Positions 11,164 to 21,494 of a DNA stretch of 64,000 nt are shown in pieces. The position numbers and the translations under genes are program-made. Position 1 is the stretch's first letter; each line of letters begins with the position of its first letter. The DNA is taken from positions 1 to 64,000 of the forward strand of contig CAVSNY010000005.1 of NCBI GenBank assembly GCA_963729605.1, in the 5' to 3' direction. Origin of the DNA: an uncultured Gammaproteobacteria bacterium. Its GTDB lineage: Bacteria; Pseudomonadota; Gammaproteobacteria; DRLM01. The notes beneath the pieces were generated by a model. That model did not search any database and was not told where the DNA came from. It worked only from the letters and a program-made list of their open reading frames with translations.

Positions 11164-14100
11164 TTAGCCCGGCCAGCGGTGGCGCCAGGCGGTGTAATAA
11201 AGCAGCGGGATCACCACCAGGGTCAGCAGGGTGGAGACCAGGATGCCGAAGATCAGCGAGATCGCGAGCCCGTTGAAGATCGGGTCGTCGAGGATGAACA
11301 GCGCGCCCAGCATGGCGGCGAGCGCGGTGAGCGCGATCGGCTGCGCGCGGGTCGCGACCGAGCGGATCACCGCCTGCTTGAACGGCGCGCCGCCCTCCAC
11401 TTGCAGTTTGATGAAATCCACCAGCAGGATCGAGTTGCGCACGATGATGCCGGCGAGCGCGATCATGCCGATCATCGAAGTGGCAGTGAATTGCGCACCG
11501 AGCAGCGCGTGGCCCGGCATCACGCCGATGAGGGTGAGCGGGATGGGCGCCATGATGATGAGCGGCGTGAGGTAAGAGCCGAACTGCGCCACCACCAATA
11601 AATAAATCAGGATCAGGCCGACGGCATAGGCCAGGCCCATGTCGCGGAAGGTCTCGTAGGTGATCTGCCATTCGCCGTCCCATTTGAGCGCGAATCCCCG
11701 GTACGGATCGCTCGGCTGCTTGATGAAGTATTCGGCGAGTTCGCCGCCGCCGGGCACCGCGATGTCGGCGAGTTCACCGCGCATGGCGAACATGGCGTAG
11801 AGCGGGCTGTCGATGTCGCCGGCCCGATCGCCGGTCACGTACACCACCGGCAGCAGGTCTTTGCGATAACGCGGCTGGGCGCGCAGCGCGTCTTCGACCG
11901 TCACCAGTTCACGGATCGGGACGAGTTGGCCCGTGCCGCCGCGCACGTTGAGCGCGAGCAGCGCCTTGAGATCGCCTTGACTGGACGCGGGCAAAGCGAC
12001 CCGCGCCGCCGCCGGATATTTCGAGGCGTCGTGCAGATAGCCGACCTCGTCGCCGGCCAGCCCGGTGCGCAGCGTCTCGACGACGGCCTGCTGCGACACG
12101 CCGAGCAGACCGGCCTTGCGGCGGTCGATGACGAGCGTGTATTGCGGCGCGCCGTCTTGCAGGCTGCTGTCGACGTCCACCACGCCCGGCGTGTTCGAGA
12201 ACAGCGTGCGCAATTCGGCGGCGACGGCGGCCCGCCCCGCTTCATCCGGACCATAAACTTCCGCGACGATGGGCGCCATCACCGGCGGCCCCGGCGGCAC
12301 CTCCACGACCTTCACGCGCGCGCCGTAACGCGCGCCGATCTCGGCGAGGGCCGGACGCACGCGCGTGGCGATGGCGTGGCTTTGTTCGCCGCGTTGGGAT
12401 TTGTCGACGAGATTGACCTGGATGTCGCCGACCTCGCCGCCGGCGCGGAGATAATATTGCCGCACCAGTCCGTTGAAGTTGATCGGCGCGGCGACGCCGG
12501 CGTAGGCCTGATAGGTTTCGACCTCGGGCACCGTCGCGAGATAGGCGCTCATCTCGTGCAGCGCCGCGCTGGTGCGCTCCAGCGGCGTGCCGGCCGGCAT
12601 ATCGACCACCACCTGAAATTCCGACTTGTTGTCGAAGGGCAGCATCTTCAGCACCACGAGTTGGAACACCGGCAGCGCGAGCGAAAGTAAAATCGCGCCG
12701 ATCACCGCGAGGCCGAGCAGCCGGCGGTTGCGTTGACCACGGACATCGTCGAGAAAGGGACGGAACACGCGCTCCGACCCATGCGCGAGCCGGCCGGCGA
12801 GACGGCTCTCGTGGTGATGCGCCTTGCCGAGCCACAGCCGCGCCAGCCAGGGCGTGACCACGAAGGCGACCGCGAGCGAGATCAACATGCCCATGCTGGC
12901 GTTGATCGGGATCGGGCTCATGTACGGTCCCATCAAGCCGGAGACGAAGGCCATGGGCAGCAGCGCGGCGATGACGGTGAAGGTCGCGAGGATGGTGGGC
13001 CCGCCCACTTCATCGACCGCGCGCGGGATGATGGCGGCGAGCGGCAGATCGGGTTGAAGTAAACGATGGCGGTGAATGTTCTCCACCACCACGATGGCGT
13101 CGTCCACCAGAATGCCGATGGAGAAGATCAGCGCGAACAGCGAGACGCGATTGAGCGTGAAACCCCAGGCCCAGGACGCGAACAGCGTCGCCGCGAGCGT
13201 GAGCACCACCGCCGTGCCGACGATGGCGGCCTCGCGCCGGCCCAGCGCGAAGAACACCAGCGCCACCACCAGTGCGGTCGCGAGCAACAGCTTTTCGATT
13301 AATTTAAGCGCCTTTTCGTTGGCGGTGTGGCCGTAGTTGCGCGTCACTTCGACGCGCACGTCGGCGGGGATCACCGTGTTGTGCAGCTCGGCGACGCGGG
13401 CGAGAACCGCGTTCGCGACATCCACGGCATTCTCGCCGGGCTTTTTGGTGATGGCGAGCGTCACCGCCGGCGCCTCGCGCGGCTCTCCGCCGCCGTCGCC
13501 GCGCCAGACATAACGCTGCGCGGGCGGCGGACCGTCGCGCAGCTCGGCGACGTCGGCGAGAAACACCGGGCGGCCGTTGTGCACCGCCACCAGCAGTTGC
13601 GCGACATCGCGCACGTTCTCGAGAAAGGGGCCGGTCTCGACGCGCACGCTGCGGTTGTCGGCCACCAGTTCGCCCAGCGGCGCACCGGCATTGGCGGAGA
13701 CCAGCGTCTGTTTGATGTCCTGCACGGTGACGCCGGCGGCGCGCATACGGCCCGGGTCGATGTCGATGTTGATCACCCGTCCGGGTCCGCCGATCGTCGT
13801 CACCTCGCGGGTGCCGGGCACGCGCTTGATGTCGGCTTCGATGCTGTGCGCGACGCGTTCCAAATCAAACGCACCGCCGTCCGCGCGCCGCGACGACAAG
13901 GTCAACGCGACGATGGGCACGTCGTCGATGCCCTTGGGTTTGACGATGGGCTCGAGCACGCCGAGATTGCGCGGCAGCCAGTCGCGATGGGTTTGCAGGG
14001 TATTGTGCAGTTCGACCAGCGCCTCGATGCGCGGCACGCCCACCTTGAATTGCGCGGTGATCACCGCGAGGCCCGGCCGCGACACCGACATCACGTGATC

Positions 14101-14355
14101 GAGCCCCGCCATCTGCGCCAGCACCTGCTCGGCGGGCTGCGCCACCATTTGCTCGACGTCCGCCACGCTCGCGCCGGGAAACGGGATTAGCACGTTGGCC
14201 ATGGTGACGTCGATCTGCGGCTCCTCTTCGCGCGGCGTCACCAGCACCGCGAAGGCGCCGAGCAGCAGCGCCACCAGCGCCAGCAGCGGCGTGATGCGGG
14301 CCTCCTGAAAGTAGGCGGCGATGCGTCCGGAAATGCCGAGCCTTTGCTCCGTCAT
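11164..14355 (-). CDS. RND efflux permease (AcrB/CzcA superfamily)
   Basis: TPREEEPQI, GILVDDAIVVVENI, GIIVRNSILLVDF; 1063 aa. Confidence 0.95.
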   Translation of the reverse strand: MTEQRLGISGRIAAYFQEARITPLLALVALLLGAFAVLVTPREEEPQIDVTMANVLIPFPGASVADVEQMVAQPAEQVLAQMAGLDHVMSVSRPGLAVITAQFKVGVPRIEALVELHNTLQTHRDWLPRNLGVLEPIVKPKGIDDVPIVALTLSSRRADGGAFDLERVAHSIEADIKRVPGTREVTTIGGPGRVINIDIDPGRMRAAGVTVQDIKQTLVSANAGAPLGELVADNRSVRVETGPFLENVRDVAQLLVAVHNGRPVFLADVAELRDGPPPAQRYVWRGDGGGEPREAPAVTLAITKKPGENAVDVANAVLARVAELHNTVIPADVRVEVTRNYGHTANEKALKLIEKLLLATALVVALVFFALGRREAAIVGTAVVLTLAATLFASWAWGFTLNRVSLFALIFSIGILVDDAIVVVENIHRHRLLQPDLPLAAIIPRAVDEVGGPTILATFTVIAALLPMAFVSGLMGPYMSPIPINASMGMLISLAVAFVVTPWLARLWLGKAHHHESRLAGRLAHGSERVFRPFLDDVRGQRNRRLLGLAVIGAILLSLALPVFQLVVLKMLPFDNKSEFQVVVDMPAGTPLERTSAALHEMSAYLATVPEVETYQAYAGVAAPINFNGLVRQYYLRAGGEVGDIQVNLVDKSQRGEQSHAIATRVRPALAEIGARYGARVKVVEVPPGPPVMAPIVAEVYGPDEAGRAAVAAELRTLFSNTPGVVDVDSSLQDGAPQYTLVIDRRKAGLLGVSQQAVVETLRTGLAGDEVGYLHDASKYPAAARVALPASSQGDLKALLALNVRGGTGQLVPIRELVTVEDALRAQPRYRKDLLPVVYVTGDRAGDIDSPLYAMFAMRGELADIAVPGGGELAEYFIKQPSDPYRGFALKWDGEWQITYETFRDMGLAYAVGLILIYLLVVAQFGSYLTPLIIMAPIPLTLIGVMPGHALLGAQFTATSMIGMIALAGIIVRNSILLVDFIKLQVEGGAPFKQAVIRSVATRAQPIALTALAAMLGALFILDDPIFNGLAISLIFGILVSTLLTLVVIPLLYYTAWRHRWPG

Positions 14356-14365
14356 CGCGGCCGCC

Positions 14366-15394
14366 TCAATGACTCACCGCCGCGGCGGCGACGGGATCGA
14401 GCGCGACGCGCTCGCCCTCGCTGACACCGGCGAGGATTTCGACGCGATCCTGCCGCGCCGCGCCCACTCGCACCTGACGCAGCGCCGCCTTGCCGGCGGC
14501 ATCGACCACGTATACCGCGGTAAGCTCGGCGCGGCGGACCACGGCGCTCGCGGGCACGCTGAGGCGGGCGCCGGCCGCGCCGCCGTCCGACAACCACGCG
14601 CGCGCGAACAGGCCCGGCATCACCCCGGCCGGCGTCGGCGGCAGCTCCAGGCGGACTTGCGCGGTGTGGCTCGCCCCGTCGGCGGTCGGCAGCAGCGTCA
14701 CCGCGCGCGGCTTGATCCAGCGCGCGGCCTCGGGCAGCGTGGGAATCTCGATTTTTTCCGCGCCGTCGAACCGGAGATCCGCGACCTCGGTTTGCGGCAC
14801 GTTCACCGTCACGCGCAGCGCGGCCGGATCGAACAGACTGATGAGGGGACGGCCGGGCATGGCCATGTCGCCGAGTGATACGTCGACGCTGGCGATGCGG
14901 CCGGCGTACGGCGCGGTCACGTTATGCAGCGAGGTTCCCACCTCGGCCACGGCCGCCTCGGCCAGTTGGGCTTCGACGCCGGCCTGGGTCGCTAGAAATT
15001 GCGCGTGCGCCCGCTCCAGCGCCGTCTGGCTGATGTAGTTTTTCCGCGCCAGCAGTTCGGCGCGCTCGTATTCTTTTTGTGCGGCGAACAGCCGCGCCTC
15101 CGCCGCCTTGACCTGCGCCGCGCTCGCCGCCGCGGTCTTGCCGGCGGCACGGGCATCGATACGCGCCAGCAGCTGGCCGGCGCTGACCCGGTCGCCCGCT
15201 TTTACGTATAATGCGGTGATTCTGCCCGGCACTTGGGCGGCCAGCACGGTCTGGCGCACGGCCTCGACCACACCCTCGGCCAGGTAACCGCCGCCGGCGC
15301 CGGTGCGTTCGACGGGCGCGGTCCGCGGCGGTTCGGCCTGGACGACCCCGGCCCACAAGATCAAACTCACGACGGCGATATACGAGATACGCAT
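14366..15394 (-). CDS. RND periplasmic adaptor (membrane fusion protein)
   Basis: GRITALYVKAGDRVSAGQLL, APYAGRI, PGLFAR, VEILAGV. Confidence 0.92.
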   Translation of the reverse strand: MRISYIAVVSLILWAGVVQAEPPRTAPVERTGAGGGYLAEGVVEAVRQTVLAAQVPGRITALYVKAGDRVSAGQLLARIDARAAGKTAAASAAQVKAAEARLFAAQKEYERAELLARKNYISQTALERAHAQFLATQAGVEAQLAEAAVAEVGTSLHNVTAPYAGRIASVDVSLGDMAMPGRPLISLFDPAALRVTVNVPQTEVADLRFDGAEKIEIPTLPEAARWIKPRAVTLLPTADGASHTAQVRLELPPTPAGVMPGLFARAWLSDGGAAGARLSVPASAVVRRAELTAVYVVDAAGKAALRQVRVGAARQDRVEILAGVSEGERVALDPVAAAAVSH

Positions 15395-15478
15395 GAGACT
15401 CCCCTTTCCAACCGGCCATCCCAAGGACCCTGCGACCCGCCTGTGGCGGCCCCGGGAGGATTGCTTCTGTGTCGTTAT

Positions 15479-15500
15479 TATGTAACTATGTAGTTATGTA
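15479..15500. promoter_or_regulatory. Putative ArsR/SmtB operator in divergent promoter
   Basis: Perfect TAACTA-TG-TAGTTA inverted repeat (15483-15496) in an AT-rich patch between arsR and the efflux operon. Confidence 0.65.
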
Positions 15501-15518
15501 GTCAATAAGAGAATTGCC

Positions 15519-15887
15519 ATGCCCAACTACAAGCCCAAGCCCAGTAAGGCCCTGGCGAAACTGGACGACAAGGCCCTCCAGCATGTCGCGGATTACTTCA
15601 AGCTGCTGTCGGAACCGACGCGGCTGAAGATTCTGAATATCCTGCGGGAGGGTGAATGCAATGTCGGAGAACTCTGCGCCCAGATCGGCGGCAGCCAGGC
15701 CAATATCTCCAAACATCTGGGTCAGCTGGCGCAGGCAGGACTGGTGGAACGCACCACCCGGGGAACGGCGGCCTACTACGTGATCACCGATCCCAGTATT
15801 TACGCCCTGTGCGATCTGGTGTGCGGCCAGGTCGCCGCGCGTCTCGAAAAACACGCGGCCATGCGCGCGATGTTCGGTAAGACTTGA
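15519..15887 (+). CDS. ArsR/SmtB-family transcriptional repressor
   Basis: FKLLSEPTRLKIL, SQANISKHL winged helix; four Cys. Confidence 0.92.
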   Translation: MPNYKPKPSKALAKLDDKALQHVADYFKLLSEPTRLKILNILREGECNVGELCAQIGGSQANISKHLGQLAQAGLVERTTRGTAAYYVITDPSIYALCDLVCGQVAARLEKHAAMRAMFGKT

Positions 15888-16007
15888 ACTCAACAAGCGT
15901 CGCGCGGTGTGTTCGCGCGGTGTGTTAAGGAGGAGGATGGAAAATGGAGGCGCGCCGACTTAAAGGGGCGCAAGTAAGGTGGGGTTCTCCCGGCCTATCC
16001 ACAAATT

Positions 16008-16038
16008 AAAAAGGCCTAGGAGATAACTCCTAAGCCTT
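16008..16038 (-). terminator. Intrinsic terminator downstream of tRNA-Asn
   Basis: AGGCTTAGGAG-TTAT-CTCCTAGGCCT hairpin followed by a T run on the minus strand. Confidence 0.65.
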
Positions 16039-16047
16039 CGATTTTTA

Positions 16048-16123
16048 TGGCTCCCCAGCGCGGACTCGAACCACGGACCCGGTGATTAACAGTCACCTGC
16101 TCTACCAGCTGAGCTACTGGGGA
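16048..16123 (-). tRNA. tRNA-Asn (GTT)
   Basis: TCCCCAGTAGCTCAG...CTGTTAA anticodon loop...GTTCGAGTC...GGGGAGCCA; 76 nt cloverleaf. Confidence 0.97.
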
Positions 16124-16262
16124 AGGGTGGATACAACGAGCTGCGTATACTACTGATTGGGCGCACCACGGTCAATAGAAAGGGCACTCTGCTATGATGG
16201 TTTCCGCATGTCGCGCAATAGCTTGCCCCGGCGCGGCGCCAGACTAGGAAACGGAGAAACCC

Positions 16263-16802
16263 ATGCCTCGCAAACCCAGTATCAGCGCCGAAGACGCCGA
16301 GCTGTTCCGCCGCGAAGCGGGGCCGGTAACGCCCTTGCGCCACAACCGCGCCGAGGTAAAAGGCGTCCCGCCCGCGCCCCTGCCCCAGCAAACGTGGCGG
16401 GAACAGACGCAGGTGCGCGAGGACATGCTGTCGGGTGATCTCGACCTGGCGGACCTGGAAACCGGCGAAGAACTGCTCTTCATCCGCCCCGGACTCCAAC
16501 GCAATATTTTGCGCAAACTCCGCCGCGGCCACTACAGCATCACCCGGCAACTGGATCTGCACGGCCTCACCGTACCTCAGGCCCGGCAGACTTTGAGTGA
16601 ATTCCTCAGGGACTGCCTCGATCACGACGAACGTTGCGTGCGCATCATCCACGGCAAAGGCAACAACTCGCCGAATCAACAACCGGTGCTCAAAATAAAA
16701 CTCAACACCTGGCTGCGTCAGCGCAGCGAAATCCTCGCCTTCTGCTCGGCGCGGCCGACGGACGGCGGCACCGGCGCGGTCTACATCCTGCTCGGCCGTT
16801 GA
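16263..16802 (+). CDS. Smr-domain endonuclease (SmrA-like)
   Basis: LDLHGLT, IIHGKG, GGTGAVYILL. Confidence 0.92.
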   Translation: MPRKPSISAEDAELFRREAGPVTPLRHNRAEVKGVPPAPLPQQTWREQTQVREDMLSGDLDLADLETGEELLFIRPGLQRNILRKLRRGHYSITRQLDLHGLTVPQARQTLSEFLRDCLDHDERCVRIIHGKGNNSPNQQPVLKIKLNTWLRQRSEILAFCSARPTDGGTGAVYILLGR

Positions 16803-16903
16803 AACGGCTTGGGGGCAATCCCCGGATATGGGAAAATGCGCACCGGCGCCGCCCGCCCCGCGGGTGATGGCGCTGTTTGTGTTGGTGCACCCTGCCTGGA
16901 GTC

Positions 16904-19900
16904 ATGATGAATACGCTGGAAGACCCGCCCGTCCGCGATAAACACAACCCGTTTGAGCCGCTGCTGCCGCGCCGGGCCGGTGCGACCCTCCATTGGCGGC
17001 GGCTGGCCGGCAGCGCCTTGGGCCTGGCGGTCAGTCAGGCCGCGCGGCGCCACGCCGGACCCGTGCTGCTGATCGCCGCCGATACGCCCGAAGCCACCCG
17101 GCTGGAATACGAACTGCGTTTCTTCACCGGCAATGACGAAGCGTTGCCGGTGCTCACCTTCCCGGACTGGGAGACCCTGCCCTACGACAACTTTTCCCCG
17201 CACCAGGACATCGTCTCGCAACGGCTCGCCACCCTCTATCGCCTGCCGGCGCTGGAACGCGGACTGCTGGTGGTGCCGGTCAACACCCTCATGCAACGGC
17301 TGGCGCCGCGCAGTTATCTGCAGGGGCACAGCCTGGTGCTCGACAGCGGCGAACGCCTCGATCTCGAGGCCATGCGCACCCGGCTGGAGGCCGGCGGCTA
17401 CCGCTACGTGTCGCAGGTGATGGAGCACGGCGAATTCGCGGTGCGCGGCAGTCTGCTGGATCTGTTCCCGATGGGCAGCGATCTGCCTTACCGCATCGAC
17501 CTGTTCGACGAACACGTGGACAGCATCCGGACCTTCGACCCGGAGAATCAGCGCTCGCTCGACACCGTGCAGAGCATCCGCCTGTTGCCGGCGCGGGAAT
17601 TCCCGCTCAACGAGGACGCCATCAGCCAATTCCGCCAGGCCTACCGCCTCGCCTTCGAAGGCAATCCGCAAAAAAGCGCGATTTACCGCGGCGTGAGCGA
17701 GGGAACGGCGCCGCCGGGCATCGAATATTACCTGCCGCTGTTTTTCAACGAGACCGCCAGCCTGTTCGATTATCTGGCCGCCGACACCTTGGTGATCACC
17801 ACCCCCGGCGTGGCGGACGCGCTCGACAAGGTTTGGACTGAAATCAACACCCGCTACGAATCGCTGCGCCACGATTTGGAGCGGCCGCTGCTCGCGCCGG
17901 CGCAAGCGTTTTTTTCGCCGTCCGATATCAACGCGCGCAACACCCGCCATCCCTGGATCAGCGTCAATACCTTGAACGCGGATCATCAGGCCTACGCCTA
18001 CGCCACCACGCCACCGCCGCCCCTGCCCATCGTCGCCCGCGCCGAGCGGCCCGCCGAAGCGCTGCTGAAATTTCTCGGCGACTTTTCCGGCCGGGTGTTG
18101 TTCGCCGCGGAAACCCCCGGGCGGCGCGAGACCCTGCTCGATCTGCTCAAAGGCCACGATTTGCACCCGGGCTCCTTCGACAACTGGCGCGCTTTCGCCG
18201 AGGGTGATGCCCGTCTCGGCATCACCGTGGCGCCGCTGGAACAAGGCCTGCTGGTGGAAACGCCGCCGCTGGCCATCATCAGCGAGGCGCAGCTGTTCGG
18301 CGAACAAGCGGTGCAGCGCCGCCGCCGCAAGACCGCGCGCACCCGCGACGCCGATGCGCTGATCCGCGATCTCACCGAGCTCAACCCCGGCGCGCCGGTG
18401 GTGCACGAAGAACACGGCGTGGGCCGCTATCTCGGCATGCAGACGCTCGAGGTCGGCGGCATCACCACCGAGTTCATCACCCTGGAATACGCCGGCGGCG
18501 ACAAACTCTACGTGCCGGTGTCCTCGCTCCATCTCATCAGCCGCTACAGCGGCGCGGCGCCGGAGCAAGCGCCGCTGCACCGGCTGGGTTCGGAACAATG
18601 GATCAAGGCCAAACGCCGCGCCGCGGAAAAAGTCCGCGACGTCGCCGCCGAACTGCTCGACATTTACGCCCGGCGCGCCGCGCGGCAAGGCCACGCCTTC
18701 CCCGAACCGGATATGCACTACCGATCATTCGCGAGCACCTTCCCGTTCGAAGAAACGCCGGATCAGCAGACCGCCATCGACGCCGTGCTCGACGATATGC
18801 GCAAGACCCAGCCCATGGACCGGCTGGTGTGCGGCGATGTCGGTTTCGGCAAGACCGAAGTCGCGATGCGCGCCGCCTTCATGGCGGTGCATAACGGCAA
18901 ACAGGTGGCGGTGCTGGTGCCCACCACGCTGCTCGCGCAACAGCACTATCAAAATTTTCAAGACCGCTTCGCCGATTGGCCGGTGAAGGTGGAAAGCCTG
19001 TCGCGCTTTCGCTCCGCCAAGGAACAGGAGGCGGTATTGAAGGGGCTCGCCGACGGCAAGGTCGATATCGTCATCGGTACTCACAAACTCTTGCAGTCGC
19101 GCATCGAATTCAAACGGCTGGGCCTGGTCATCGTCGATGAAGAGCATCGCTTCGGCGTGCGTCAAAAGGAATGGCTGAAGAGCCTGCGCAGCGAGGTGCA
19201 TATCCTCACCCTCACCGCCACGCCGATTCCGCGCACCATGAACATGGCGTTGTCCGGCATGCGCGATTTATCGATCATCGCCACCCCGCCGTCGCGGCGG
19301 ATGGCCATCAAGACCTTCGTCCGCGAATGGGACCAGGGTTTAATACGCGAGGCCTGCCTGCGCGAATTGAAACGCGGCGGCCAGGTTTTTTTCCTGCACA
19401 ACGAAGTCAAATCCATCGAAAAAACCGCGCGTGACATCGCGGCGCTGGTGCCCGAGGCCCAGGTCAGGATCGCCCACGGCCAGATGCGCGAGCGTGAACT
19501 GGAACAGGTGATGCTGGATTTCTACCATCACCGCTTCAACGTGCTGGTCTGCACCACCATCATCGAGACCGGCATCGACATCCCGAACGCCAACACCATC
19601 ATCATCCACGACGCCGATCACTTCGGCCTGGCGCAATTGCATCAATTGCGCGGCCGGGTCGGCCGCTCGCACCATCAGGCTTATGCCTATTTGGTGGTGC
19701 CGCCGCGCAAATTGATGACCGCCGACGCGATCAAACGTCTGGAGGCCATCGAGGCGCTGGAAGATCTCGGCGCCGGTTTCACCCTCGCCACCCATGACCT
19801 GGAGATCCGCGGCGCCGGCGAGTTATTGGGCGATGAACAAAGCGGCCAGATGCACGAGATCGGTTTCACGCTGTACACCCAATTGCTCGAACGCGCGGTC

Positions 19901-20398
19901 AAGGCGCTCAAAGCCGGGCGGCAGCCGGAATTGGAGGTGCCGCTCAACCACGGCGGCGAGATCGATCTGCGCATCCCCGCCCTCATCCCCGAGGATTACC
20001 TGCCCGACGTGCACAGCCGTTTAGTGATGTACAAACGCATCGCCAGCGCCGAAAACGACGACGCGCTGCGTGAACTGCAAGTGGAGATGATCGACCGCTT
20101 CGGCCTGTTACCCGAACCCGCCAAAAATCTCATCCGCATCACCGAACTGAAACTCAAGGCGCAGGCCATGGGGGTGCGCAAGGTCGAAGCCGGGCCTTAC
20201 GGCGGCCGCCTCCTCTTCGACAAGGAACCCAAGATCGACCCGGCCATGGTGATACGCCTGATCCAGACCCAGCCCAAGATCTACAAACTGGACGGCCAGG
20301 ATAAACTGCGTTTCACCTTGAATTTGGAAGACCGCGAAACACGCTTTTCATCGGTCGAGAAATTATTGGATATGTTGGCCGTGCGAGAGGCGGCGTGA
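16904..20398 (+). CDS. mfd: Transcription-repair coupling factor
   Basis: FPDWETLPYD, CGDVGFGKTEVA, DEEHRFGV, QLRGRVGRS. Confidence 0.97.
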   Translation: MMNTLEDPPVRDKHNPFEPLLPRRAGATLHWRRLAGSALGLAVSQAARRHAGPVLLIAADTPEATRLEYELRFFTGNDEALPVLTFPDWETLPYDNFSPHQDIVSQRLATLYRLPALERGLLVVPVNTLMQRLAPRSYLQGHSLVLDSGERLDLEAMRTRLEAGGYRYVSQVMEHGEFAVRGSLLDLFPMGSDLPYRIDLFDEHVDSIRTFDPENQRSLDTVQSIRLLPAREFPLNEDAISQFRQAYRLAFEGNPQKSAIYRGVSEGTAPPGIEYYLPLFFNETASLFDYLAADTLVITTPGVADALDKVWTEINTRYESLRHDLERPLLAPAQAFFSPSDINARNTRHPWISVNTLNADHQAYAYATTPPPPLPIVARAERPAEALLKFLGDFSGRVLFAAETPGRRETLLDLLKGHDLHPGSFDNWRAFAEGDARLGITVAPLEQGLLVETPPLAIISEAQLFGEQAVQRRRRKTARTRDADALIRDLTELNPGAPVVHEEHGVGRYLGMQTLEVGGITTEFITLEYAGGDKLYVPVSSLHLISRYSGAAPEQAPLHRLGSEQWIKAKRRAAEKVRDVAAELLDIYARRAARQGHAFPEPDMHYRSFASTFPFEETPDQQTAIDAVLDDMRKTQPMDRLVCGDVGFGKTEVAMRAAFMAVHNGKQVAVLVPTTLLAQQHYQNFQDRFADWPVKVESLSRFRSAKEQEAVLKGLADGKVDIVIGTHKLLQSRIEFKRLGLVIVDEEHRFGVRQKEWLKSLRSEVHILTLTATPIPRTMNMALSGMRDLSIIATPPSRRMAIKTFVREWDQGLIREACLRELKRGGQVFFLHNEVKSIEKTARDIAALVPEAQVRIAHGQMRERELEQVMLDFYHHRFNVLVCTTIIETGIDIPNANTIIIHDADHFGLAQLHQLRGRVGRSHHQAYAYLVVPPRKLMTADAIKRLEAIEALEDLGAGFTLATHDLEIRGAGELLGDEQSGQMHEIGFTLYTQLLERAVKALKAGRQPELEVPLNHGGEIDLRIPALIPEDYLPDVHSRLVMYKRIASAENDDALRELQVEMIDRFGLLPEPAKNLIRITELKLKAQAMGVRKVEAGPYGGRLLFDKEPKIDPAMVIRLIQTQPKIYKLDGQDKLRFTLNLEDRETRFSSVEKLLDMLAVREAA

Positions 20399-20543
20399 GC
20401 GGTTTATACTGCGCCTCGTCCGCCCGGCTTCGATCCACGTCATCGTTGCGATTGGGAGGCAACAGCCTCGCCCTCCGACATCCTGCATATAACGGTGCCG
20501 GATCGAGGTAAGAATCACCACCCGCACACACGGAGAACGCCGC

Positions 20544-20849
20544 ATGTATATCGCAATGAACCGTTTCAAGATCGCGCCGGGCCGAGAAGACGATTTCATC
20601 ACCATCTGGAAAAACCGGGAAACCTATCTCGACGGCGTGCCCGGTTTCCAGTCTTTTCACTTATTGCAAGGCCCCGGCACGGAGCAATACACCCTCTTCG
20701 TTTCCCACTCGGTCTGGGCATCGGAACAGGATTTCAGCAACTGGACCAAATCGGAACAATTCAGGAAGGCCCATGCCCACGCCGGCGGCCAAACCAAGAG
20801 TATTTATCTCGGACCGCCGCAGTTCGAGGGATTTAAGGCCGTGGTTTAG
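20544..20849 (+). CDS. Antibiotic biosynthesis monooxygenase (IsdG-like) protein
   Basis: MYIAMNRF, VPGF, WTKSEQFRKAH. Confidence 0.88.
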   Translation: MYIAMNRFKIAPGREDDFITIWKNRETYLDGVPGFQSFHLLQGPGTEQYTLFVSHSVWASEQDFSNWTKSEQFRKAHAHAGGQTKSIYLGPPQFEGFKAVV

Positions 20850-20961
20850 TTCACGGGTGATTAGGAGCGACGCGACTGCGGGCTCCGGCGTATTATCCGA
20901 GCCGGCATCCGCTGACGCGGCGCCGATGAGATGACAAGGCTCCTGAATACTCGTCGTCATC

Positions 20962-21456
20962 CTAGCGGAGAATATTCAGCCCAAACCCGAAATGTACGTT
21001 GGACCGCGATTCGCTACCGTCACGCCATAGATAGATGTCCGTCGGTTGGATGACGGGATAGGCATAGGATACTTCTCCAACCTGCCCCGCCTGGACCCGT
21101 TGCAGCACGCCGCTGACGCTGATGGATCTACCAACCTGGTAGTCCGCCGTTTCAATATAGCCCGGTTTGATAATCAGGAAACGCCCGGTGGAGGTAGCGT
21201 CGCTATCGGGCCGGAATGCGCTATCCAACGGATACCCGAGCACTTCGATTTGGGTAGCGTCTTTCAGATTGGTGCTGGCGAGGATGATGCCGCCCCAGAT
21301 GACGCGGCCATCGCGCAACGAGTCTATATCCGCCGCGGCGCGTTGCGGCGTCAAGTTGGTATCGACGCCTTGCGCGTCGAACTTCGGGCCGGTGGCGCAG
21401 GCGCTCAGCGAGGCTATCGCCCACAACAAGCACATCGATTTTACGAATGAAGACAT
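20962..21456 (-). CDS. Slp-family outer membrane lipoprotein
   Basis: Lipobox LSAC, VIWGGII, GRFL, YPV. Confidence 0.88.
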   Translation of the reverse strand: MSSFVKSMCLLWAIASLSACATGPKFDAQGVDTNLTPQRAAADIDSLRDGRVIWGGIILASTNLKDATQIEVLGYPLDSAFRPDSDATSTGRFLIIKPGYIETADYQVGRSISVSGVLQRVQAGQVGEVSYAYPVIQPTDIYLWRDGSESRSNVHFGFGLNILR

Positions 21457-21494
21457 GGTTCGCTCCTTGTTACCAATCTTGTTACCTCAATTTA

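Noticed and set aside
15945-15954. TGGAGGCGCG resembling the reverse complement of a tRNA-Cys 3' end (possible att remnant)
   Set aside because: Only 10 nt, so it is easily a chance match; no integrase nearby.
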